The notes under the pieces are model-generated. The model worked only from the letters and a program-made list of their open reading frames with translations. It did no database searches and was not told the origin of the DNA. A stretch of DNA of 63,435 bases, the filler included. It is 4 parts of 4 records of this genome, joined end to end, with 100 filler letters (N's around TTAATTAATTAA, not from the genome) between each part and the next. Parts side by side here need not be neighbours in the genome. Positions count along the whole stretch, not along the records: positions 10,650 to 32,464 come from SRR31156797_28074; positions 32,565 to 57,078 come from SRR31156797_28087; 2 more parts are not named here. The stretch is one strand, 5' to 3'. The position numbers and the translations under genes are program-made. Positions 28,557 to 39,194 of this stretch are shown here, piece after piece (position 1 is the first letter of the stretch; each line of letters begins with the position of its first letter).

Positions 28557-29366
28557 TTAATCTTCCTCAATCGTTGGGGTGTTCTTATCGTGATAAATCC
28601 TGTATTCCTGAACAGCCTCAAATATGGCCTGTGAAATTTTATCCTGATTCTCAGGATCCAATAAATACTTTTCTTCGGCAGGATTGCTTATAAACCCGGT
28701 TTCAATCAACACACCCGGCATGGTTGTCAGGTACAGCACCACAAAACCGGCCTGTTTTACCCCGCGATTGTACATACTTGCAGTGTGTTCGAGTTTCTCC
28801 TGCAACATCATCGAAAAATGAATACTCTGATCCATTGTTGAACTTTGAAACATATTGAGCATAATGTAATCTTCGTCCGATTCGGGATCGAACCCATCAT
28901 AGGATTCAGAATAATTATCCTCCATCAGAATAGCTGCATTTTCGGTTTTGGCCACATTCAGGTTTTCTTCTGATTTGTGAATTCCCATTACATACGTTTC
29001 TGAGCCAAAAAACTGCGGATCTAAATTGGAGTTACAATGAATGGAAATAAACAGATCGGCCTGGCATTCGTTAGCAATGTCTGCCCGCTTATGTAAAGGC
29101 ACAAACCGGTCATCCTTCCGGGTGTAAACAACTTCAATGTCATTCATTTCAGTTTCGATAAGGCTCCCGATTTTTAATGCCAGTGTAAGTACAATTTCTT
29201 TTTCGCTGGCAACACTGCCCGGTGCACCCAGATCAATCCCGCCATGCCCCGCATCAATCACCACCTTATCAAACACGTTATGATCGTTTTGAGCCAAAAT
29301 CGTTGTATCCTGAAAAAATAAAATCAGGAAAAAAATAAAAAATATGATTTTGAAACGTTTCTGCAT
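28557..29366 (-). CDS. N-acetylmuramoyl-L-alanine amidase (Amidase_3)
   Basis: VVIDAGHGG, FISIHCN, PGVLIETGFISN; start at MQKRF. Confidence 0.93.
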   Translation of the reverse strand: MQKRFKIIFFIFFLILFFQDTTILAQNDHNVFDKVVIDAGHGGIDLGAPGSVASEKEIVLTLALKIGSLIETEMNDIEVVYTRKDDRFVPLHKRADIANECQADLFISIHCNSNLDPQFFGSETYVMGIHKSEENLNVAKTENAAILMEDNYSESYDGFDPESDEDYIMLNMFQSSTMDQSIHFSMMLQEKLEHTASMYNRGVKQAGFVVLYLTTMPGVLIETGFISNPAEEKYLLDPENQDKISQAIFEAVQEYRIYHDKNTPTIEED

Positions 29367-29590
29367 TTGATATTGGTGAATCGGGTTTTGATTTGATATT
29401 TTTAAAGGATAAATCAACACATTACAAAAATATAAAGGCAACCAAATTAAAACGGAATTCATCTGAAATATTATCGAAGTTTAGGAAATTGTATCGATTG
29501 TAGCACGAAATTTGAAATCAAAAGCCAAACACCCGCAAATTACTTTACTTTGCATAGCCAAAAGGCTTTAACAGTATTTAAAAGCTGAAT

Positions 29591-32344
29591 TTGAAAAAAG
29601 GATCAGAAAAATACATCGTTTCACCTCTCGAAATCAGGAACTTAAAAAACCGGCGCATTACATTATTCCCGGCGTTTTTAATTTTCATGTTGTTATTGCT
29701 TTTTGGCCATGTGCTTTATGCACAGGTTGACACTAAAGCCCAAACTCCTGACAGCCTCATAACGAGGTATTATCAAAACCTTGCCGACAGCCTTGAAAAA
29801 TCAGCCTTACAGGATACAACCCGGATAGTTACCGATTCAACGCAGGATGAACCTGAACAGGTTGGCCTGGAAGCCACCGTTAAATACAAATCCTACAAGC
29901 GAATCCATTTTGACATCAAAAACAGGAAAGTTTATCTGTATGAGGATGCGATTATTGAATACGGCTCGATTGAACTAAAGGCTGATTACATTGAGATTGA
30001 TTTTGTGAACAATGAAGTTTACGCTAAGGGAGTACCCGACTCTACAGGCAAAATGCAGGGTGAACCTGAATTTACCGAATCAGGCCAGAGTTTTGAATCG
30101 GAGGAGATGCGGTATAATTTCGACAGTAAAAAGGGATTGATCAGGAGTGTGATAACACAGAGTGGCGAAGGTTACCTGCACGGCGAAAAGATCAAAAAAC
30201 TGGATGATGACCGAATAAATATAGCCTACGGAAAATACACAACCTGCGACCTGAAACATCCGCACTTTGAATTCAGATATTCAAAGGCACAACTTATTCC
30301 TGATAATAAAATCGTATCAGGGCCGGCATATATGGTCATCGAAGGTGTACCAACCCCCCTGTTTATCCCGTTTGGATTGTTCCCTGACAAGTCAGGTCAA
30401 CGATCCGGGATCATTATTCCGGCATTTGGCGAATCGGCCAACCGGGGATTTTTTCTTGAACGTGGGGGTTACTACTGGGGCATTAATGAATATATGGACC
30501 TGACCGTAACCGGGGATATTTTTACGAGTGGAAGCTGGGCGGTAAGGCCAACATTCCGGTATGCCAAGCGGTATAGCTTCAGCGGTAATTTCGATTTCAG
30601 CTACGCCAAAAATATTTTGGGCGACCGGGATTCACCTGACAAGGAAGTTAAAAATGACTTTACAGTGCGCTGGACCCACACTCAGGATCCCAAAGCCAGG
30701 CCTAACAGCCGGTTCTCGGCAAACGTAAATATTGTTTCGTCCACTTTTAACGAATACAACCTGTCAAGTACCCAAGCCTATTTGTCAAATACTTTCCAGT
30801 CGAGTGTTTCTTATCAAACCAATTTTAATAATTCCATGTTCCTGTCGCTGAATGCTACCCACCAGCAAAATACACTGGACAGGTCCGTAAATATCTCACT
30901 GCCAACACTTACTTTTAATACCAAGCAATTTTACCCTTTCAGGAAACAAAAGCAGGTTGGACAGCCCAAATGGTATGAGAACATCAACATGAAATACACC
31001 TTCAATGCCGATAACCGGATCAGCACCAAGGATACGCTGCTGTTTAAACCTGGCTGGGAAGAGGATTTCAAATTTGGAGGTAAGCATACCATTCCCATTA
31101 GTTCATCACTAAAACTGCTCAAGTATTTCAACCTGACCAATTCAGTTAATTACACCGAAAAGTGGTACCCCTACTCCATCAGAAAGTCGTGGATTTCTGA
31201 TACCCTTTTTTCTGACACTGATACCATTTATGGTTACCAGGAAACTGATACAGTAAGAAAGTTTGCATCGGCACGTGAGTTTTCGTTCAGTTCCAGTCTA
31301 TCAACCAGGATGTATGGTATGTACCAATTTAACAAGGGGCCTGTAACAGCTATTCGCCATGTTATAAACCCGAGTGTTTCTTTTACCATTCGTCCTGATT
31401 TCGGATCAGATTACTGGGGCTACTACGATGAAGTACAATCCAGTTCAGAAGGCGACATGCAACGTTACTCTATTTTTGAGGGGTTACTTTACGGAGGGCC
31501 TCCCGATGGGCGGTCGGGCAGGTTGGGGCTCTCATTGGGCAACAACCTTGAGATGAAAGTCCGTTCGAAAAATGATACCATAACAGGAACCAAAAAAGTG
31601 GTGCTGATCGATAACCTGTCGTTTAGCACTGGCTATGATGTTGCAAAAGATTCGTTGAACTGGTCCTCGCTCACTATTAGCGGAAGGACGACGCTTTTTA
31701 AAAAACTCAACGTCACCTACCGGTCCTCCTGGAACCCATACGCGGTTGATTCATCCGGCAGAACGATCAACACATATGAATATGAGGTGAGTAAAAAACT
31801 ATTCCGCATGGAAAACACCTCATGGAATTTCGGTATCAACTTCAGGTTAAGTGCAGCTGATTTTACGAAAGATAAAAAAGGTGGTACACAGGGAGATCTT
31901 CCGCCTGATGAAGACCCGGAAATTCTCGGTAAATATACCGAACAGGAAATTAATGATGTGCTCGATAACCCTGATAATTATATCAACTGGAACAATCCAT
32001 GGAGTTTATCCATTCAGTACAGCCTGAATATTTCCAACAATCCACGGTATATTGGCTATGGCCAGATTGACAATCGAAAAACTGTTCAAACCCTACGATT
32101 GACCGGTGATGTGAGTATCACTCCAAAATGGAAAATTAATTTCTCATCCGGATGGGATTTTGAAGCCAATGACTTCACCTATACTACCATCGACTTTTAC
32201 CGCGATCTGCATTGCTGGGAGATGCGGTTTAGCTGGATACCCACAGGTGCCCGAAAAAGCTGGTCGTTTGGTATTAACGTGAAAGCATCCATTTTGCGTG
32301 ATTTAAAATACGACAGAAAGAAAGATTTCAGGGATTCGTATTAG
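29591..32344 (+). CDS. Putative LPS-assembly protein LptD (Bacteroidota type)
   Basis: OstA-like N-terminus, YTTCDLKHPHF, RDLHCWEM C-terminus; lptD/amidase/MCE arrangement typical of Bacteroidota; start uncertain. Confidence 0.85.
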   Translation: MKKGSEKYIVSPLEIRNLKNRRITLFPAFLIFMLLLLFGHVLYAQVDTKAQTPDSLITRYYQNLADSLEKSALQDTTRIVTDSTQDEPEQVGLEATVKYKSYKRIHFDIKNRKVYLYEDAIIEYGSIELKADYIEIDFVNNEVYAKGVPDSTGKMQGEPEFTESGQSFESEEMRYNFDSKKGLIRSVITQSGEGYLHGEKIKKLDDDRINIAYGKYTTCDLKHPHFEFRYSKAQLIPDNKIVSGPAYMVIEGVPTPLFIPFGLFPDKSGQRSGIIIPAFGESANRGFFLERGGYYWGINEYMDLTVTGDIFTSGSWAVRPTFRYAKRYSFSGNFDFSYAKNILGDRDSPDKEVKNDFTVRWTHTQDPKARPNSRFSANVNIVSSTFNEYNLSSTQAYLSNTFQSSVSYQTNFNNSMFLSLNATHQQNTLDRSVNISLPTLTFNTKQFYPFRKQKQVGQPKWYENINMKYTFNADNRISTKDTLLFKPGWEEDFKFGGKHTIPISSSLKLLKYFNLTNSVNYTEKWYPYSIRKSWISDTLFSDTDTIYGYQETDTVRKFASAREFSFSSSLSTRMYGMYQFNKGPVTAIRHVINPSVSFTIRPDFGSDYWGYYDEVQSSSEGDMQRYSIFEGLLYGGPPDGRSGRLGLSLGNNLEMKVRSKNDTITGTKKVVLIDNLSFSTGYDVAKDSLNWSSLTISGRTTLFKKLNVTYRSSWNPYAVDSSGRTINTYEYEVSKKLFRMENTSWNFGINFRLSAADFTKDKKGGTQGDLPPDEDPEILGKYTEQEINDVLDNPDNYINWNNPWSLSIQYSLNISNNPRYIGYGQIDNRKTVQTLRLTGDVSITPKWKINFSSGWDFEANDFTYTTIDFYRDLHCWEMRFSWIPTGARKSWSFGINVKASILRDLKYDRKKDFRDSY

Positions 32345-32359
32345 GAGAGAGGTAGAATT

Positions 32360-32464
32360 TAGTTTTGAGTTGTGAGTTGGGAGTTATGAGTAGTGAGTTT
32401 TAAGTTGTGAGGATAGCGAAAACCATGAGTACCGCGACAACAATGACAACCCGACAACAATGAC
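32360..32464. repeat. Degenerate heptamer tandem tract plus CGACAACAATGAC duplication
   Basis: AGTTTTG-AGTTGTG-AGTTGGG-AGTTATG-AGTAGTG-AGTTTTA-AGTTGTG; CGACAACAATGAC twice at the contig end. Confidence 0.8.
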
Positions 32465-32564
32465 NNNNNNNNNNNNNNNNNNNNNNNNNNNNNNNNNNNN
32501 NNNNNNNNTTAATTAATTAANNNNNNNNNNNNNNNNNNNNNNNNNNNNNNNNNNNNNNNNNNNN
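32465..32564. other. Artificial contig spacer
   Basis: N44-TTAATTAATTAA-N44. Confidence 0.99.
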
Positions 32565-34256
32565 ATGGACTTGACCGTTGCGATGCTGCCAGACGATGTC
32601 ATCGGTGCCGTCACCATTTATATCACCGACACCCATAAGATGCCAGTCACCACCCACCGGGCTATGGATGTTGATCCCGCCTTGGCGTTTGCCGTTTTTT
32701 ATTGGCCAGTAGTGGACTTGGCCGTTGCGATGCTGCCAAATAATGTCGTCGGTGCCGTCACCATTCACATCACCGGCACCCATGAGGTGCCAACTTCCGT
32801 CCACCCGGCTGTAGATATTGATCCCGCCTAGGCGTTTACCGTCCTGCATCGGCCAAAAATGGACCTGACCATTGCGATGCTGCCAGATAATATCATCGGT
32901 GCTGGTGAAAGCATTGATCGCTTTCCAAAGCGTCTGGTTACGAAAACTGGTGCCAGCATTTGCTCCGCTACCACTGCTTGAGCAACCACCATTGGTATGG
33001 ATACCTATGGCGAGATTGTTGTTCCCCGCTACAATTACCGGGCCGCCAGAATTGCCGCCCTGGCTATCGACTTTGTAGCGCAATTTCGCCAAACTTGATC
33101 CTGTTACTGTGTTTTCAGTCAAATTGCCGCTATTGGTTTGCAGGGTCTGGTTGTCAGCATTCCGAGGGGGCGGGTTGCCATAACTTCCGTCTGGGGGGGC
33201 TGGTCCATCAACCCCATATCCCGTAATCCGTACCTTGCTGGGATTTGCTGTATTAGAAAGCTTGAAATTGCCACCTTGAGCAGTGCTCGGCATCAATCCG
33301 GTCTCAGTATTCGGGAGGACCCGAAACATAGCCCAATCATTTCCAATGCCTGTATAGCCCTTTACAATCGAGCTGGTGATCACCTTGTACTGGTTACGAA
33401 CTGCAGGGGAGACAGTGGTGCCGTTTGGCTTGGAAGCGGGAACGTTAAATTCGACTGTCTTGGTGGACGAGCTTATGCAGTGACCGGCAGTCAAGATCGC
33501 TCCCCCTTGAATAATCCAGCCAGTACAGCCGATCGGCATAATACGCCCGACAAGTGGATGATTGGCTGAAACACGGTTGTCAGAGCCGCAAATTGTATCT
33601 ACAACTTCATCTTCCTCCAAAGATGCTTCGCCGCTGTTATCGAAAGGTACCGGCGGATCTGACGGAATATATCGTTTCAAGTCATCGCCAAAGAGATTGT
33701 GGAGTGGCTGCGGTCCGTCAAATGCACCGTCTTCCATTTCGGCGGTAGATAAACCAATAATGATTTCTCCAATCGTCGCTGAAATTTTTTCGCTTTCACC
33801 GGGAGTGGTTTCGTCGGAAATAAGGGAAATCGTGAGTTTTGAGCTGTTGAAAACAGCGGTCAGCCCTTCCCAGTCTTGAAGCTGATTCTGAGTAAAGGTT
33901 TGTGACTGCCCTGCGGTATCGCTAATAACCAGTATGCCATTGTTTCCAAGTTGGAAATCTACGAATTGGAGTTGGAGCCACTCTGCACCATCGATACTCA
34001 CAAAGTTCTCACCCAATTGAAGTGGGGTGAGCATATCCGACATTGCTTCGGGTGCTGCACCAGTAGAGACTACAGCGCGGGGGACAGGAGCTGTTTGCGC
34101 CTGCACACTGCCTAATAGAAATATGCTGGCCAGTGCAATCATAAGTACCAGGCAGACAATGTTTTTCGTAATAAGGACTATTCCCCTCATCTCCATCTCA
34201 CTTGTCTTTCGGATTTTTTTGATCCAACTTTTTTTTGGAGATATGTGCCTTTCCAT
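32565..34256 (-). CDS. Secreted trypsin-like (S1) serine protease with C-terminal 49-aa FG-GAP/VCBS-type repeats; 3' truncated
   Basis: TAGHC, NDWAMF, GGNSGGPV triad; signal ending VQAQ; repeats DDIIWQHRNGQVH.WP...GDVNGDGT; RBS GAGGAG. Confidence 0.9.
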
Positions 34257-34363
34257 AATGGCGCTCCTCAGTTGAAGTTACGTGTGCCCCTCTTCTCGCA
34301 ATGACTAAGCCTGTCAGGGGCAGACAGGGTGAGTCAGTCAATCGAATAGAGTGTTGCTTCCCC

Positions 34364-36487
34364 CTATAAGGTTACCCGGGTTTGAGTATACCTGTACCCA
34401 GGAGCAGAGACGCATACATAGAAGTAACGTCGTAACGCTGGACGCCGTGATGGAGTGAGCCGTAAATCGCCTATTGGTATACTGATACGCCTTGAAGAAA
34501 GGGCCGCGCGTTTTACCAGCTTTCCTTGGTACCAGATAGTGATCACACCGTCTGCAGGGGCAGGATTAACATGGATGTTTAAAGTATTGCGTAGAACACT
34601 GGCGCTGAGCCTGATTGGTGTTGGTTCCTCTGCCCACAATTGTAAAGTAGGATCGCCCACAACATGGTAAATTTCGAAATGGTCTTTAACCCCCGAATTG
34701 GTACCATGTGCAACCAGGAGGTAGGATTTTGCATAGTTAAGGATGTCGCCAAGGCGGTTGTATTTGATCGCATAGCTGGCATTGGTGCCAGGGAACCCCT
34801 CTATAACACCTGGCCACATTGCATCAAATAACCCTTTCATGAGGCTGTCATTTCGCCATGTGCCAGATAATTCTGTGGCCGCGACCAGGGATGGTGCACC
34901 GCCTTTCATTTCCATGATATCCTCAGCGAAACTGTCACTGGAATTGTAATCAAAGCGTCCGGTCAGGCAGTTTATGCTATAGAAAATGGATGGGTAAGAA
35001 CTGACGATAGATTGCAGGTGCTCTTTCCGGAAAGCAGGATGGGCCCAGCCCACCTCGTTACCATGATCCCGGTGGCCCATCAAAAGTTGCCCCGCCGAGG
35101 TCTCAGATATCAGCATATCTGTGGCATCATCACCTTCAACAATAGCATTGCGGACTGCTGCCGGTACACTGGTACCGTCTTTATATTTTTGTGGATTGGG
35201 ATTATTGGAAACATATACTCGCTCAACGGAAAAGCCGATGGAGGTCATATGATTGCGGATACTTTCCATGGTTTTCATATAGGCACGATTGGCACGTCCG
35301 TCTTGGGGCCAGTCATCCTGGAAATATGCGGCAAAGGTCATACGTCGATAATAGTCGGGATCGTTGGGTGGCTTTTGCTCATAATCAATAATCTGCTGGA
35401 CGACTGCTTTTGCATCGGCCAGTGAACTGACAGGAATGCGACCACCAGTGATCCACGGCAGGACACAATCATTGGCGTTGGCTGCCTCTCTTTTTGTGAA
35501 AAAATAGTGATCGGTTGTGTTTTCCGAAATTTCTTCCGTGGCAATAGCAGCTATATCGCCAAAAAGTAGCACATAGCGTAGACGGGAAAGGAAGAACTTT
35601 CGCCGATCCCGGATGTGGTTTTTTATTTTTGCCACAGAGTTGCCCACGGTTACGATGGATACGGTTTCGGTGATAAGACCGTTGCGGTTTTTCCAATTGG
35701 CCAATTCCTCGGCGGCATTTTTTAGTTTGTCATCATAAATAATGAGGAACTCGGGACCTCGAGGGCGAGGTGTGATAGGTCCCGATACAGGGTTAACCGG
35801 CATCCGTTCAGCTATGCGACGACGTGGATTGAGGATCAGGTTTCCGTACCCCTCGCGGTTGACAGCAGGGTCAGTCAATGAAAATTCCTCCATCTCCTCC
35901 TCCCCCCCATCCATTGCACTGAACTTGATTGTTATTTTGATATTGCTATAACCAACCAACTGTCGTTTACCCGGACTGAACTGGAGCGGGCGGACATGAA
36001 TCGCCAATACTTTATAATCATCCAGGTTCTGAGGATCACCAACCTGTACGATATTCTCTGGGTACAACGCTTCGTTTTTATAGGCATTTTTGTCATACTC
36101 AAATACTGCAATTTCGTCGGTCTGGTCAGTGGCCTGTTCCTGGGCCGGTGTTATCAAAATATCATCAAATTTGACAGGTTTGTTTTTTTTGCAAATGACC
36201 TCATAATCACAACCGATTGGAATTTGTATGAAACGTCCAAAAGAGGGGAGGAGAGGTTTGCCGCTTTCTGAGACAAATCCGGAGCCAGATATTCCCACTT
36301 CCTTGAATGGTAGACTCAGATCGTCTATCTGTTGTTCTCCGTCGCCCACCGTAAAGCCTGGGAAAATGTAGTTGATCTCAATGTGATCCTCCCTTTCCTC
36401 CACAGAAACCATCGGTTTTTCTGAATATAGTTCCAGATCAAATTCTTTAGGGAGTCCTGAAGGGGAGAGGGAAAAAAAATCAGCCAT
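34364..36487 (-). CDS. Gingipain-like C25 cysteine peptidase with propeptide
   Basis: Propeptide (GKPLLPSF, YPENIV, RPLQF); LRYVLLFGD, TDHYF, GRIPV, HRDHG, SINCLTG, GDPTL; start at 36487 after AGGAGG. Confidence 0.88.
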   Translation of the reverse strand: MADFFSLSPSGLPKEFDLELYSEKPMVSVEEREDHIEINYIFPGFTVGDGEQQIDDLSLPFKEVGISGSGFVSESGKPLLPSFGRFIQIPIGCDYEVICKKNKPVKFDDILITPAQEQATDQTDEIAVFEYDKNAYKNEALYPENIVQVGDPQNLDDYKVLAIHVRPLQFSPGKRQLVGYSNIKITIKFSAMDGGEEEMEEFSLTDPAVNREGYGNLILNPRRRIAERMPVNPVSGPITPRPRGPEFLIIYDDKLKNAAEELANWKNRNGLITETVSIVTVGNSVAKIKNHIRDRRKFFLSRLRYVLLFGDIAAIATEEISENTTDHYFFTKREAANANDCVLPWITGGRIPVSSLADAKAVVQQIIDYEQKPPNDPDYYRRMTFAAYFQDDWPQDGRANRAYMKTMESIRNHMTSIGFSVERVYVSNNPNPQKYKDGTSVPAAVRNAIVEGDDATDMLISETSAGQLLMGHRDHGNEVGWAHPAFRKEHLQSIVSSYPSIFYSINCLTGRFDYNSSDSFAEDIMEMKGGAPSLVAATELSGTWRNDSLMKGLFDAMWPGVIEGFPGTNASYAIKYNRLGDILNYAKSYLLVAHGTNSGVKDHFEIYHVVGDPTLQLWAEEPTPIRLSASVLRNTLNIHVNPAPADGVITIWYQGKLVKRAALSSRRISIPIGDLRLTPSRRPALRRYFYVCVSAPGYRYTQTRVTL

Positions 36488-36599
36488 GATATTTCCTCCT
36501 AACTTGATAATACGTTGTGGCGTAACTGACGCAGGGGACCTCACAGCATGGATACGGCCCCTGGCTTTTTTTTCGCCTCGGTACATATATGCAACAACC

Positions 36600-36615
36600 T
36601 GCTAGTTTAGTGCCA
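36600..36615 (-). promoter_or_regulatory. Putative sigma54 (-24/-12) promoter
   Basis: Minus strand TGGCACTAAACTAGCA (GG-N10-GC) about 110 bp upstream of the C25 start. Confidence 0.6.
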
Positions 36616-37367
36616 TTCGCTGACAAAAAAACTTAGTCCTTGCAAATTGTTTAGTTACAGAGGGGGGATGGTTGGCACAGATAAAAAACGAGAAGACAAA
36701 CTGGTTCATATAAACCAATTTGCACCACCAGAGTTGTTGCATATGCACCACTTGTAGGTATTTGCAACGTGATTTTGCTGTATGCCAATGTGTCGACAAA
36801 AAATGGGGTTTTCAGGGAAGTGTTTGCTTGAAAAATGACCAGGTTAAGGGCGGTGCTGCTGGGTGGGTGCAGGAAGAGGGGAGTAGTGCATGCCTCCTGG
36901 TTTTTGTAGCCTTGACTCTATCAAACACCTTGGGCCTGATGGAAAGTTTGGTGTTCAGTTTAAGGTGCCCACGATAGTTCTTCGCTCATGAACCACCAGT
37001 TTGGATGGGCATAGATCAAAAATTCTTCATTATCATTCACCTGTTACACTCTAAACCTTTCCTGTTGCTTGAAAAATCTTTGGTAAGCATTTGCGGATTA
37101 TGTGGCGCTGATTTTGCACTAAAATATGTGGAGAGACTTGCGGGATCGACTACGCAACCTGCAGGGCAAGCCGGGTGGCAGTTTGTAAGCTGTTTTCTTG
37201 GGAGCGTCCCAAGCCCGTACCTGAATGTCACAGCACGCTGCACACAATAATGAATTTGTGAAAATTTTATCTGCAGGTTAGTCGAATATTCTTCTTTGCT
37301 TAAAAAAAGACAGGAGAGTGTGAGGAAAAGTGACTTATTTATCAACGACACCAGAGGGGGGTTAACT

Positions 37368-37967
37368 ATGAATAGAACAGAGATTATCCATACTCAGGAC
37401 CGTGTAGGTACAGTGGCAGATGGATTTTGGGGCCCTAAAAGTATTGCAGCATGCCAAAACCACCTTAAAAATATGATGCCAGTAACACATCCTTTTCCCG
37501 CTGAAGGTTCATCCCAATTCCTGGACTTTTTTGGACCCCATGGCGAAGAGAAGGGATACACCCCGCCTAGCAAGAGGATCGTACTCCCGTTTACAATTTA
37601 TTATGATCAAACACCGGTAACCTCGTTGCGAGTACATGAAAAATGTGCTGACAGTTTACAGCGTGTATTTCAGAAGTTGGCGATAATTTACCCAGATGCT
37701 GCTTCGCGAGAGGAAGCGGGGGTGTTGGTATATAATGGCATCTATAATCCACGAATGAAACGAGGGAGTTTGAATTCTTGGTCTATGCACGCATGGATGA
37801 ACGCTATTGATATCAACGCCGGCAAAAATGGAAATAAAACTTCCTGGCCGGTTAATGCAAAAATGCCAATAGAGGTGATGGAGTGTTTTGCACAAGAAGG
37901 GTGGTTGGCAGCTGGAGCATTTTGGGGACGCGATGCAATGCATTTTCAAGCTACTAGTCCCATATAA
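37368..37967 (+). CDS. M15-family zinc peptidoglycan peptidase (endolysin-like)
   Basis: YNPR...SMHAWMNAIDIN and DAMHFQ motifs; N-terminal DGFWGPKS resembles a PG-binding motif; start after GAGGGGG. Confidence 0.85.
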   Translation: MNRTEIIHTQDRVGTVADGFWGPKSIAACQNHLKNMMPVTHPFPAEGSSQFLDFFGPHGEEKGYTPPSKRIVLPFTIYYDQTPVTSLRVHEKCADSLQRVFQKLAIIYPDAASREEAGVLVYNGIYNPRMKRGSLNSWSMHAWMNAIDINAGKNGNKTSWPVNAKMPIEVMECFAQEGWLAAGAFWGRDAMHFQATSPI

Positions 37968-38124
37968 AATAGTAGTATGCAACACTGCCAATACTATGAA
38001 GAACCCCAACGCCGTTACAGCGAAGATCGTTAATTCTTGTCTATCTCAAATTTGATTTTCCAACTGTAAGAAAACGAGAGTTAGGATTCATTTGTGCAAT
38101 TTGCCTGAGAGGGAGCAAGGCGCT

Positions 38125-38745
38125 TTAGAATAACGGTGCCATGTCTTTGATAAAACGTTCTTCCATATTTTCATCATCTGCGCGCACAAATTTGTTTAGG
38201 TTGATGCTGCTCATCCTGGCCGACCAGATTCGCGCGCCACTCGCTACCTCCAGTAAGACGGCCTCCATCAAGTCTAGAGTCTTATCAGTCTCTTTTCCAC
38301 CCCATACATCTGCATAAATAGTTGAGTAGTAACCAAAACCGGCTTGCCAGCTGACCATGCTTGCCCACGCATAATGCTCTTCCGGGTACTGGTAGCTTGA
38401 AGTGGACTCGCTTGTCAGGTGGATGATCAAGAGTTCACTGGCTCCGGCATTACGCAATGTTTGGTGTAGTGTCTCTTTAGTTACTTGGCTTGTACCTAAG
38501 CCATGAGCGTAGCTTGGTATGGCTTTGATCCCGATTTTTTCAAACTCCTCGACAAAGCTGTCCTCAAATATTTTGTGGGCGGTTGGGTCTGTGAATACGC
38601 CCATAATGAATACTGGCCCTTTGAGTTTGCCACGGTACTCCGGATTGATCCAGGAGTCTGTGAGCTTATTATGGGCACACCCTGTGAAAAGCAGGATAAA
38701 GGCGCACAGAGGGGCAAACAAAAAACCACGGGCATAATGCTTCAT
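38125..38745 (-). CDS. Hypothetical lipoprotein
   Basis: Lipobox FTGC; LTDSW.NPEY N-terminus and IWSA C-terminal strand. Confidence 0.75.
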   Translation of the reverse strand: MKHYARGFLFAPLCAFILLFTGCAHNKLTDSWINPEYRGKLKGPVFIMGVFTDPTAHKIFEDSFVEEFEKIGIKAIPSYAHGLGTSQVTKETLHQTLRNAGASELLIIHLTSESTSSYQYPEEHYAWASMVSWQAGFGYYSTIYADVWGGKETDKTLDLMEAVLLEVASGARIWSARMSSINLNKFVRADDENMEERFIKDMAPLF

Positions 38746-38871
38746 TGTGTCTTCCTGAAAAGTAGAGAAATCAATTGATGAGTACAAATCGTATAGGGTG
38801 TTTGCGGGTAATGCATGTAGAGTTTTTTAAACTACCTGAAATTGCATTTTTAATCGGTTTCAGGAGGTAGT

Positions 38872-39192
38872 TTAGCGTCTGCCACCGCCTCTTCCCCCTC
38901 TTGCAGGACGTCCCATGCTTGCTCCCTGGGCTCTTGCAGATTGAATTCTTTGTTGACGAGCAGGTCTGTTTTCCTGACGCTGCTGTTGTCTTCGTTCAAC
39001 GTTATCGTTGTCAACGTGGACATGAATGTCATTGTTGTAGCCGTATCTATTGTAGGGATATCGGTAACCGTCATACACACCATATCTCCTACTGCTCGAC
39101 ACATAAGTACCGTGATAGCCGCTGCAGCCAGCGAGAAACAGCATAATGCCTAACAAAAGAAGGGTGATGAACAGGGTTCTATCTTTTTTCAT
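38872..39192 (-). CDS. Small low-complexity lipoprotein (Tyr-rich, RGG tail)
   Basis: Lipobox LAGC; YRYPYNRYGY; ends ARGGRGGGRR; directly follows the upstream gene. Confidence 0.75.
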   Translation of the reverse strand: MKKDRTLFITLLLLGIMLFLAGCSGYHGTYVSSSRRYGVYDGYRYPYNRYGYNNDIHVHVDNDNVERRQQQRQENRPARQQRIQSARAQGASMGRPARGGRGGGRR

Positions 39193-39194
39193 GA

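Noticed and set aside
32565-32905. 147-bp DNA repeats, considered as a CRISPR array or DGR template/variable pair
   Set aside because: They are in-frame 49-aa protein repeats; no spacers, cas genes or reverse transcriptase in the window.
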